From a virus (taxonomy: Duplodnaviria; Caudoviricetes), in the IMG/VR virus record IMGVR_UViG_3300004241_000005, positions 1-45,415 of that record: a DNA stretch of 45,415 bases; one strand, given 5' to 3'. Shown here in pieces: positions 1-8,027 of the stretch (within the stretch, counting starts at the first letter, position 1; each line of letters starts with the position of its first letter). The notes under the pieces were generated by a model. That model was given only the letters and a program-made list of their open reading frames with translations, had not been told where the DNA came from and made no database searches. Made by a program: the position numbers and the translations under genes.

Positions 1-54
1 GTGCGGGCTGGCGGAGCGGACGGGACTTGAACCCGCGGCCTCCGACGTGACAGG
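1..54. repeat. attL core (duplicated 3' half of tRNA-Asp plus 8 nt trailer)
   Basis: Identical to 45362-45415; reverse complement reads cctGTCacgtcggaggccgcgggttcaagtcccgtccgctccgCCA (anticodon GTC, T-loop GTTCAAG, CCA); the sequence after 54 is not tRNA-like. Confidence 0.93.
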
Positions 55-134
55 ACACAGGAACGACATTGACCCCGCCGTTTCATTGAGCTTTTTGCCA
101 GATCACTCTATCTGTCTGCGCCTCACCACACCCC

Positions 135-156
135 AAAGGCCCAACACGGGCCCAAC
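135..156 (+). promoter_or_regulatory. Putative integrase arm-type sites (tandem GGCCCAAC)
   Basis: aaaGGCCCAACacgGGCCCAAC; near-identical tandem at 45220-45242 at the other end. Confidence 0.65.
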
Positions 157-308
157 GCTGATCGGCGTACTGCTCGGCGGTTTTGAGCAGGGAGCCGGGG
201 CCACGCCTCCATCTTGCCATGCCCTGGAGGGCAACCTCGTAGCCCCCCTTCCCCCCTTCCTTTGGGGGAAACAACGCAGAGGGCGAATTGGGCGATCTGC
301 TCCTTCGC

Positions 309-352
309 GGGTCCTTCCTGGGGCTTCTTGGACACGGGCGGTCGTGACCTCG
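309..352 (+). other. Putative lambda-like cos site (cosQ GGGTCCT plus cosN-like gggcggtcgtgacctcg)
   Basis: GGGTCCT at 309-315 and GACCT ending at 350, matching the lambda cosQ-cosN spacing as I recall it; AT-rich tract at 367-402; the phage encodes a GpA terminase. Confidence 0.6.
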
Positions 353-458
353 GGCGGCCTGCGCTCAATTTTAAAAAAATCCACCGGAAAAATAGAAACT
401 TATCGACCATGCGCCAACCGTGCCACGCACTGTTCCCGGTGTGCCACGAGGTCCGCAT

Positions 459-2093
459 ATGCCCGATGATCTCAGCTTGGACGCCATGCAGCAGATGGTG
501 GAAGCCGATGTGGCGGCAGAGAAGGAAAAGTTCGCTCCGTCGGCGGCACCGGTGCCGCAAGAGATCCGCTCGGAGGATATCTTGCGCGGACTGTGGGACC
601 AGGAAGACGGTGACTGCGAGCTGTTCTGCCGCCTGTATCGCGGCCGGCTCTGCTATGACCACCTGGAGCAGGCCTGGTACGAGCGCGATGAGGGCGGCAA
701 CTGGCGGCTCGACAAGCACAATAACGTGCTGACGTACATAGATGGCATCGTTGAACTTTATCGTCGCGAGGCTGCGCGGCACTTCAAGTTGGCCCAGGAG
801 TCAGGCGACAAGGAAGAGCAGAAGGTCTTCGAGGCCCGCCGGGAGGCTTTAAACGGACGGGTCAATTCCCTCAAAAAACGGGCCAGGAAGTTAAACGTTT
901 TGGCGCTGGCGGCGTCGGGCGAGAAGCACCTGGCCGTGTCCGGCGAGCAGTGGGACACCGACCCCTGGAAGCTCGGCGTGCTCGACGGCGCGATCAATCT
1001 CCGCTCGGGCGAGCACCTCCAGGCCAAGGCCGAAGACTACATCCGCCTGTTCGCGCCGGTGGCCTACGCCAACGCTTCGACCTCGGCCCCCACCTGGCAG
1101 GCCCTGCTCGAGGATGTGTTCGACTCCGACCCGGCGATGATCGACTACGTTCTCCGCGTGCTTGGCCACGCGCTCATCGGCAAGTCGCTGTTCGAGCACT
1201 TCTTCGTCTTTTATGGCGAGGGCGGCAACGGCAAAACGGTCATGATCGAGACCATTTACAAGGTGCTTGGTCCCCTGGCCAAGCCCATTCCGCCGGCCAT
1301 GCTCATGGACAGGGGCAAGTTCGCGGCTGACGCGGACAAGCCCTCGGCCACCATGATGCTGCTGCGCGGCCTGCGCATCGCCTGCGCCAGCGAGTCAAAA
1401 CAGGGCGAGGCCTTCGACACGCAGGTCATCAAAAACCTGTCCGGCGGCGACAAGATCACGGCCCGGGCGCCGCACGAGAAGCGGCAGATGGAGTTCCCGC
1501 AGTCGCACACGCTGATTCTCTTGACTAACAAGCTGCCCATCCCGCCGACGAATGACCGCGGGTTCTGGCGGCGCATGCGCGTGGTCCCCTTCGGGGTGGA
1601 GTTCGTGCAGGGTGAGCCGGCCCCCGGGCGGAAGCAGCGTCGCGCCCGCGACAAGGACGAGCTGGAGAAGGCCCTGGCCGCGGAGTACCCGGCCATCCTG
1701 TGCTCCCTGGTCAAGGCCTGCATCGAGGCGCAGAAGCCGGGCGGCCTGACGCCGCCGGCCAAGGTCACGGACGCCACGGCCGCATATCTCACCGACTCGG
1801 ACCTGCCGGGCATGTTCCTTTCGGCCTGGACCGAGCGCGTGCCCGGCAGCCGCATCCAGGCCGGGGACCTCTACATCGGCTACGAGCTGTGGTGCGCGCT
1901 GAACCGCATCAAGCCCATCAGCGGCGTGCGATTCGGCAAGGACATGCGCAAGCGCCTGCCGGTCAAGGAAAGCAACGTGGTCTGGTACGAGGACATCGAG
2001 TGGAAGATCCCCGACGACCTGAGCGACGGCGGCCCGGCCGGCCTGGTGGAGCAGGAGAAGGAGCGCCGCAAGAAGGGGGGCAAGAGAGACTAG
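459..2093 (+). CDS. P4-family/D5-like SF3 replicative helicase
   Basis: Walker A FYGEGGNGKT, motif B ACASES, IKNLSGGDKITAR, GFWRRMRVVPF, C-terminal winged helix; GAGGT RBS before ATG 459. Confidence 0.9.
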   Translation: MPDDLSLDAMQQMVEADVAAEKEKFAPSAAPVPQEIRSEDILRGLWDQEDGDCELFCRLYRGRLCYDHLEQAWYERDEGGNWRLDKHNNVLTYIDGIVELYRREAARHFKLAQESGDKEEQKVFEARREALNGRVNSLKKRARKLNVLALAASGEKHLAVSGEQWDTDPWKLGVLDGAINLRSGEHLQAKAEDYIRLFAPVAYANASTSAPTWQALLEDVFDSDPAMIDYVLRVLGHALIGKSLFEHFFVFYGEGGNGKTVMIETIYKVLGPLAKPIPPAMLMDRGKFAADADKPSATMMLLRGLRIACASESKQGEAFDTQVIKNLSGGDKITARAPHEKRQMEFPQSHTLILLTNKLPIPPTNDRGFWRRMRVVPFGVEFVQGEPAPGRKQRRARDKDELEKALAAEYPAILCSLVKACIEAQKPGGLTPPAKVTDATAAYLTDSDLPGMFLSAWTERVPGSRIQAGDLYIGYELWCALNRIKPISGVRFGKDMRKRLPVKESNVVWYEDIEWKIPDDLSDGGPAGLVEQEKERRKKGGKRD

Positions 2094-2255
2094 TTGGTCA
2101 GGCTGTCGAAGGATGCGGCCAGGACCAAGGCCCAAGAGAGGAATTAGACCATTTAGATAATTTTACCAAAACTCTCTTCAAAGAGAGAACTTCACTAGGG
2201 CTCACAGAAAAGTTTCTCGGGAAAGGGCGAAAGAGGGCGAATCGGCGAGGAGCGG

Positions 2256-3680
2256 ATGAGGACGATCCTGGACCTCCTGCAGGAGGACGGCATAAAGCCC
2301 CGGCGCGTGGGGGGGCAGCACGGCGGCGAGTTCCACTCGCCGTGTCCTCTGTGCAGCGGCCGCGACCGTTTCGCCTGTTGGCCCCTTGCCGAGACCGCCT
2401 TGGGGGGCGGCCGTGGTTGGTGTCGTGGCGGATCTGAGGGTGGCAAGGGCTGTGACTGGAAGGGCGACGCCGTGCAGTATCTGCGTGACGTTCGCGGCAT
2501 GAGCTTCGGCGAGGCCAAGGAATACCTGGGCTTGGCCGATGCGCCGACGCCTCTGCGCCGACCCGGCGGCTCGCCTGCGCGCCCTGCCGCCCCGGCCGTG
2601 GCGCCGCCCGATCTGTGGCGCGCGAAAGGGACGGCCTTCGTGGCGCACTGCGAGGCCGAGCTGGCCAGGCGGCCGGCCGCGCTGGAGTGGCTGTCCGCGC
2701 GCGGCATTCCGGCCTTGGCGGCGCGCAAGTACCGGCTCGGCTTTCACGTCGTGGGCAGGGGCGGCGTGGCCTACCGGCCGCTCTCGGCCTGGGGGCTCGA
2801 CGGCCCTCGCAAAGAGGACGGCCGCGAGTCTTGCTTCGCACTGCTGCCGGGCCTGGTCATCCCGAATTTCGACGCCGCGGGCGTGCTGCACAAACTCAAG
2901 ATACGCGAGTTCGAAGGCGCGCCCTGGCCGGAGTGGGCCTCCGGCGACAAATACCGCGAGGTCAAGGGCAGCAATCAGCGCTATTCGGTCTATGGCCAGG
3001 GGCGTGATGTCGCGGTGGTTGTGGAGACGGAGCTGGACGCCATGATGCTGGCGGAGCGCGTGGGCGACATCGCGGTCTGTATGTCCACCGGCTCGGCCCA
3101 GCGCCGGCCTGACGCGGACGCGACCGACCAGCTGCGCGCCGCGCGCCTCGTGCTCAACTCCCTGGACGCCGACGCCGCCGGCGCAAAGGCGGCCTGGTCT
3201 TGGTGGGCGCGGGAGTTCCCGAACGCCAAGCGCTGGCCGGTGCCCAAGAACATGGGCAAGGACCCCGGCGACCTCGCCCGCGCCGGCGGGGATGTGCGCC
3301 TGTGGGTCGAGGCTGGAATCCGGCGTCATGCCCCGGCGCTCCTCGCCCCGGCGACGCTGGCCACGCCGGAAGGCGCTGCCTCCCAGCCTCAGCCTCCGGG
3401 TGGGCCGGTCGAACAGCGCAAGCCGTCGAGCCGTTGGCCCATTCCCGAGGGAGCGGACCTGGCCGGTCTGGCGCTGCCGGAAGGCGCGCCTTCGGTTGGT
3501 GAGCTTGTGCGCGCCATGCGCCTTAAGCCGGTCGACGCGCCAGACAGCCTGGTGCCGTGCCCGCGCACGCGGCCGCGCTTCTGGTGGCGCTACAGGAAGG
3601 ATTGTGCGGACTGCGCCGGGCATCCGCACTGCCTGCGGGAGCTTTTCCGGTCCAAGCAGTTTCAGGAGGCATTGATGTAA
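2256..3680 (+). CDS. DNA primase (Zn ribbon + TOPRIM)
   Basis: SPCPLCSGRDRF...GWCR...CDWKGD zinc ribbon; TOPRIM VVETELDAM, SLDADAAG, KDPGD; extra C-terminal Cys cluster. Confidence 0.85.
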   Translation: MRTILDLLQEDGIKPRRVGGQHGGEFHSPCPLCSGRDRFACWPLAETALGGGRGWCRGGSEGGKGCDWKGDAVQYLRDVRGMSFGEAKEYLGLADAPTPLRRPGGSPARPAAPAVAPPDLWRAKGTAFVAHCEAELARRPAALEWLSARGIPALAARKYRLGFHVVGRGGVAYRPLSAWGLDGPRKEDGRESCFALLPGLVIPNFDAAGVLHKLKIREFEGAPWPEWASGDKYREVKGSNQRYSVYGQGRDVAVVVETELDAMMLAERVGDIAVCMSTGSAQRRPDADATDQLRAARLVLNSLDADAAGAKAAWSWWAREFPNAKRWPVPKNMGKDPGDLARAGGDVRLWVEAGIRRHAPALLAPATLATPEGAASQPQPPGGPVEQRKPSSRWPIPEGADLAGLALPEGAPSVGELVRAMRLKPVDAPDSLVPCPRTRPRFWWRYRKDCADCAGHPHCLRELFRSKQFQEALM

Positions 3681-3683
3681 AGG

Positions 3684-3779
3684 GAGGGTTGCCCCCGGGA
3701 GTTGCAGCTCCCGAGGGCGACCGGATGATGTGGCATCCGACCAGGGAAAACCCCAACCCTCACACGATAAGGCGTCGTG
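3684..3779 (+). promoter_or_regulatory. Structured intergenic leader/RNA upstream of ParB-like gene
   Basis: Stems gagggttg/caaccctc (3684-3691/3754-3761), cgggag/ctcccg, cggatg/catccg, cacgat/gtcgtg. Confidence 0.45.
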
Positions 3780-3801
3780 GGGATAGCACGGGAAGGGTCG
3801 G

Positions 3802-4554
3802 ATGAAAAGTTTAACCATTGAGGAAGTCGAGAGGCAGAACGTGGTGTTGCGGGAGACTGGACAAAGCCTGTTCGGCGAGTCGGCCACCTTGCGGATCGTC
3901 GATCCCGGGACGCTTCTGCTGCGCCGTGAGAACGCCCGCTTTTTCAAAAAGGAGGTGTTTCGGCAGCTCGTGGAGAACATCCGCGCGGATGCCCGCCTGT
4001 CCAGTGTGCCGTTGTGCATGGACAAGCCCGACGGCTGCGAGGTTCTCTCAGGCACTCACAGGGTTAAGGGCAGCGTGCAGGCGGGCATCCCGTGGATCCT
4101 GGTCATGGTCATCGTCGAGCCCCTGGAGGCCGGCCGGCAGCTCGCCATCCAGCTCTCGCACAACGCCCTGGTGGGTCAGGACGACCCCGGCATCCTGGCC
4201 GCGCTGTGGGCCAAGATCGATGACGTGCGCGACCGCCTCTACGCCGGCCTCTCCAGCGACGTCATGCAGGACCTGGAGAAGATCAAGCTGGTGCAGTTCA
4301 CCACGCCGGGCATCGCCACGCGCGTGCTCACCTTCGCCTTCGTGGCCGAGGAGGCCGAGCTGGTGGACCGCATCGTGGCGGAACTCTCGGCATACAAAGC
4401 CTCGGACGCCGTGTACGTCGCGGCGCTGGAGCGCTTCGATCCGTTCTTCGCAGCCCTCCAGGCGGTGAAGAAGCGCGACAACGTGAAGAACGCCTCCCTG
4501 GCCATGCTGCACATGGTGCGGCTCGCCCAGCGCGGCATGGAGGTGGACCAGTGA
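3802..4554 (+). CDS. ParB/Srx-like N-terminal domain protein
   Basis: ENARF...LVENIR...EVLSGTHRVKG (GxHR motif)...IQLSHNALVGQDD; stop overlaps next start. Confidence 0.75.
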   Translation: MKSLTIEEVERQNVVLRETGQSLFGESATLRIVDPGTLLLRRENARFFKKEVFRQLVENIRADARLSSVPLCMDKPDGCEVLSGTHRVKGSVQAGIPWILVMVIVEPLEAGRQLAIQLSHNALVGQDDPGILAALWAKIDDVRDRLYAGLSSDVMQDLEKIKLVQFTTPGIATRVLTFAFVAEEAELVDRIVAELSAYKASDAVYVAALERFDPFFAALQAVKKRDNVKNASLAMLHMVRLAQRGMEVDQ

Positions 4555-5912
4555 GCTTCATCGGCGCGGTGGCCGCCCCGGTGCGGCAGGTCCTGGCCAG
4601 CTACGCGGCCAGCATTTCCCAGCCGGTACTCGTCTGTGGCGCGGGCAATTTCACGGTGCCGAGCGTGCTCCGCTCCGGCGGCTACTCCGGCCGGATCAAG
4701 GCCTGCGACGTGTCGCTGTACACCTCGGCCCTGGGGATGTTCCTCACCGGCGGTCACCTTGAGGTGCGCGAACGCGCGGACTGCCCGGAGCACCTGCGCG
4801 GACTTTTGCGCACCGGGTCGGCGCTGGACCTGGCGGCCTCGGTGGCCCTGCTGCTCGACCTGCGCGAGGCCTGGCGCGTGCGCAACCCGTTCCAAGAGCG
4901 GCTTGTCGAGCAGCGCCGCGCCCGATGGGAGGACCTCTTGGCCGACACCCGGGCGCGCCTGGAGCGCTTCCGCGCGCACCTGGGGCCGGTGGAGTATGAG
5001 CCGCGCGACGGCTTCGACTTCCTGCGGGAGCACGGCCCGGAGCACGCGGTGTTCGCCTTCCCGCCCACGTACAAGCGCGGTTACGAGAAGCTTGAGGCGC
5101 TGTTCTCGGCCGTGCTGGAATGGACGCCGCCGCAGTACCGCGAGATGACGGACGGCAGCCTCGACCTGTACGAGCTGGTGGCGCGATTCGATTCCTACTT
5201 CGTGGTCCTGGAGAAGGATCTTCCCGAGGCCCGGGCCATCCTGGGCGAGCCGGCGGCTGTGCTCCCCAGGGGCCGGGGCACCCGGACCTATATCCTCGCC
5301 CGCAGCGCCCCGCGCCGCATCGTCATGCGCAAGACGGCCAAGAGCCAGAGCGTTGGCCCCATCCGCCCGGCGGACAAGCCGCTGTCCGGCATGGAGCGCC
5401 CGGGCCTGGCCGGCCTGACCCTGGCGCAGACCATCCGCCTCAATGAGCTCTTCCTCTCGCCCCGCATCGACTACTTCACCGGCGGCGTCGGCCTGTCCCT
5501 GGCCTTCACCCTGGACGGCGAGATCATCGGCAAGGCCGACTTCGCGCCCTCGGCCCACCTGTGGAAGCTCCCGGAGGCCAGGCCTATGATCTACCTCATG
5601 AGCGACCTGGCCGTGTTGAGCGGCGTGCCTCGCCTGTCCAAGCTCGTGCTGCTCTGCCTGCTCTCGCGCGAGGTCAAGCAGCTGGTGGACGCCCGATGGC
5701 TTGAGGATTTCGGGTGGGTCATCACCACGGCCTTCGCCGCCGGGCCGGTGAGCATGAAGTACCGCGGGATTTTTGAGCTGCATACCCGCAAGAAGCAGGG
5801 CGAGGGCTACGCCCTGAACTACTTCGCCCGCCTGGGCCGGCATGGGCTGGCCGAGTCGTATGAAATTTGGCGTAAAAAATATGCAAAGCGCACGAGATTA
5901 TGTGAAAAATAG
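4551..5912 (+). CDS. Putative DNA-modifying enzyme (adenine methyltransferase-like N-terminus, possible GNAT-like C-terminus)
   Basis: CGAGNF (motif I-like), ACDVSLY, AFPPTY (motif IV-like); C-terminal IYLMSDLAV..RLSKLVL..TTAF..SMKYRG; coupled to ParB-like gene. Confidence 0.55.
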   Translation: MSFIGAVAAPVRQVLASYAASISQPVLVCGAGNFTVPSVLRSGGYSGRIKACDVSLYTSALGMFLTGGHLEVRERADCPEHLRGLLRTGSALDLAASVALLLDLREAWRVRNPFQERLVEQRRARWEDLLADTRARLERFRAHLGPVEYEPRDGFDFLREHGPEHAVFAFPPTYKRGYEKLEALFSAVLEWTPPQYREMTDGSLDLYELVARFDSYFVVLEKDLPEARAILGEPAAVLPRGRGTRTYILARSAPRRIVMRKTAKSQSVGPIRPADKPLSGMERPGLAGLTLAQTIRLNELFLSPRIDYFTGGVGLSLAFTLDGEIIGKADFAPSAHLWKLPEARPMIYLMSDLAVLSGVPRLSKLVLLCLLSREVKQLVDARWLEDFGWVITTAFAAGPVSMKYRGIFELHTRKKQGEGYALNYFARLGRHGLAESYEIWRKKYAKRTRLCEK

Positions 5913-5981
5913 TTGCTTATTGCGGCCACTATGGTAAGAAATACGTAGGGTTACAGTTTAATTCAAACCAAGGAGGTCGCA

Positions 5982-6365
5982 ATGTTGAACCCGTTTGAAG
6001 GCGCGGCGCTGATTTCGGTCTACACGCGCTGCGACGCCATCGAGGATGGCGTTCTGGTGGATGTCTCGGGAACGGCTCGGGAGGCGGGAATCCGCTATCC
6101 CGTGGCCTTGACCGAGAAGGTGTTCAAGGAGGTCGTGACGCCCGATGACCGGTCGCGCGCCCAGGGCCAGGACGAAACCGGCCGCTTGTGGGACGTGCTG
6201 TGGATGTTCCGCTTCGCGGCGGCAAAGGCTCCGTCGTCACAGGTGCTCTACGATCTGCTGGTGGTGATGAACGGCAGGCAGGAGCCCATGCGGCTCAAGG
6301 CCGTGTGCGGCCCCGGCGATGAGGGCGAGCCCGTGATCACCATCATGTTCCCGGACGAGGATTAA
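5982..6365 (+). CDS. DUF6573-like small protein
   Basis: YTRCDAIEDGVLVDV...QDETGRLWDVLWM...LKAVCGPGDEGEPVITIMFPDED; AAGGAGG RBS; AT-rich upstream region. Confidence 0.7.
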   Translation: MLNPFEGAALISVYTRCDAIEDGVLVDVSGTAREAGIRYPVALTEKVFKEVVTPDDRSRAQGQDETGRLWDVLWMFRFAAAKAPSSQVLYDLLVVMNGRQEPMRLKAVCGPGDEGEPVITIMFPDED

Positions 6366-6465
6366 AAAAGGCCCCCTTGCGGAGGCCTGAAACAAGCGGG
6401 GCAGCGCCCCTTCGTGGTGGAAAGAGCCTAGCCCCGCCCAACCTACAAAGTCAAGGAGAATCCAT

Positions 6466-7608
6466 ATGTTCATGCAGAGCAACTTCACCCGCCGGGCGGC
6501 GTTTGGCCAGGGAATGCTTGAGGACATGAGCGACGCGGCCGAGCGCGCCGGCATCACCTGCGCCGTGGCCATTTCCAGCACGGCTGACGAAAAGCTGGCC
6601 GGGATCGAGGAAGGGGATGCCCGCGGCCGGGACTTCCTGCGCGACGTGGCCTGGGCCTACCGGCTGTGCGAGAGCGGCAAGCTTCCGGCGCTGGCCACGG
6701 CCGAGGATGAGGACGGCTCGGCCATCGTGTTCCGCGCCTTCCTGAACAACAACGGCCAGCCGGCCGAGATCGCGCTCAAGGCCGTGCGCGGCCGCGGCGA
6801 CTACGGCGAGCCCGTGCTCACCGTCATGCTGCCCGAGGAGGAGTTCCGCTTCACCGGGCGGCTCATCAGCCTGCGCGCGGAGTTCGTGCAGCTTCTGGCC
6901 CCCTTCGCCACCGGCGACCTGCCGCCCACCAACTGCCTGCGCGTCGAGCCCGCCCCCCAGGGCGGCGTGCTCATCGTGGGCATGGGCATGCACGCGATGG
7001 GCGTGTTCCACGACCCCGAGGCCTTCTGCGAGGAGCCGTTCAACCTGCGCGTGACCAAGGAGCTGGCCCGCCAGTGCAAGGGCAAGTACGGCGACTTCGG
7101 CCAGCGCCGTGTTGTGCTTGACGGGGACCGGGCCACGGTCGAGGGCAACGCCGGCCGCACCTACTACATCGAACCCGAGCCGGTGCTCCAGGGCGGCGTG
7201 TTCCCCGACTGGCGCGGCATCCTGGCAAAGGCCGTGCAGGCGGCCGAGGCGGGCGACGGCCCGGCCCTCTCCCCCTTGTACAAGCCCGAGAGCCTGGACC
7301 TGTTCAACTTCCAGGGGGTGACGGGCAACAGCCTGCGCCTCCATCCCACCGGGGCCGAAGGCCCGGTGGTCGTGCGCAACGCGGCCTTCCCCACCTTCGT
7401 CGGCATCACCATGCCCCTGCACGGCGGCGAGGAGGCCCACTCCCCCAGGCCGGACTGGATGGGTGAGGAGTTCGCTGTGCAGGCCGAAGAGGAGCCGTCC
7501 GAAGACCAGGGCGAGTCCCTCGGTGAGGAGGAAGAGGACAGCGAGGGCGGTGACGCGCAGGACGCCGAACCGTCCGAGCAGCCCGGCCAGCCCGAGATCA
7601 TCCAGTAA
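6466..7608 (+). CDS. Fusion of degenerate DUF6573-like domain, beta-clamp-like domain and acidic tail
   Basis: N-terminal LKAVRGRGDYGEPVLTVMLPEE parallels the previous gene; GGVLIVGMGMH, GVFPDWRGIL and FVGITMPL resemble clamp motifs. Confidence 0.55.
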   Translation: MFMQSNFTRRAAFGQGMLEDMSDAAERAGITCAVAISSTADEKLAGIEEGDARGRDFLRDVAWAYRLCESGKLPALATAEDEDGSAIVFRAFLNNNGQPAEIALKAVRGRGDYGEPVLTVMLPEEEFRFTGRLISLRAEFVQLLAPFATGDLPPTNCLRVEPAPQGGVLIVGMGMHAMGVFHDPEAFCEEPFNLRVTKELARQCKGKYGDFGQRRVVLDGDRATVEGNAGRTYYIEPEPVLQGGVFPDWRGILAKAVQAAEAGDGPALSPLYKPESLDLFNFQGVTGNSLRLHPTGAEGPVVVRNAAFPTFVGITMPLHGGEEAHSPRPDWMGEEFAVQAEEEPSEDQGESLGEEEEDSEGGDAQDAEPSEQPGQPEIIQ

Positions 7609-7619
7609 ACCCGAACCAT

Positions 7620-7647
7620 CGGCCGGGGGCCTTTTGGCCCCCGGCCG
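7620..7647. terminator. Perfect 12-bp GC-rich hairpin
   Basis: cggccgggggcc-tttt-ggcccccggccg just after stop 7608; no U tract. Confidence 0.5.
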
Positions 7648-7658
7648 CAAGGAGAGCC

Positions 7659-8015
7659 ATGATCACCACGTCCTACTTCGCAAGCGCGGCGCCCAAGGCG
7701 CGCAAGGTCTGCATCGCCAGGAAATGCCCGCGAAACTGCGGCTGCCCGCAGTTCGAGGAGTTCGCGCCCCTCGACCCCTGGGCCAAGGGCGACTGGCGCG
7801 CCAGGTACCGGCGCGAGCTAACGCAGCGCTTCCCCACGCCCGAGGCCCTGCGCGCCGCGCTGGACGGCGTGCTGGCCGTGGTCGCCGAGCCCATCCTCTG
7901 CTGCTACGAGAAAAACCCCGCGGAGTGCCACCGCCGCGAGCTGGCCAAATTCGTCCTGGATGAGCTCGGGGAGTTCATCCCCGAGTGGACCGCCAACCCC
8001 ACGCTGTTGGGCTAA
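7659..8015 (+). CDS. DUF488-like protein
   Basis: MITTSYFA...IAR...ILCCYEKNPAECHRRELA signature. Confidence 0.7.
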   Translation: MITTSYFASAAPKARKVCIARKCPRNCGCPQFEEFAPLDPWAKGDWRARYRRELTQRFPTPEALRAALDGVLAVVAEPILCCYEKNPAECHRRELAKFVLDELGEFIPEWTANPTLLG

Positions 8016-8027
8016 TTTTTTTTGCCG

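Noticed and set aside
1-54. Functional tRNA at the left end
   Set aside because: Only the 3' half is present; it is the att duplication
47-469. ORFs spanning the attL-proximal region
   Set aside because: No RBS or motifs; overlap arm-type and cos-like sites
3684-3761. tRNA gene suggested by the 78-nt multi-stem fold
   Set aside because: No T-loop GTTC, D-loop or CCA; kept only as a structured leader
3802-4554. This ParB-like gene as the PRTRC ParB or a partition protein
   Set aside because: Short, no ParA partner or evident HTH, and coupled to the methyltransferase-like gene rather than the PRTRC cluster
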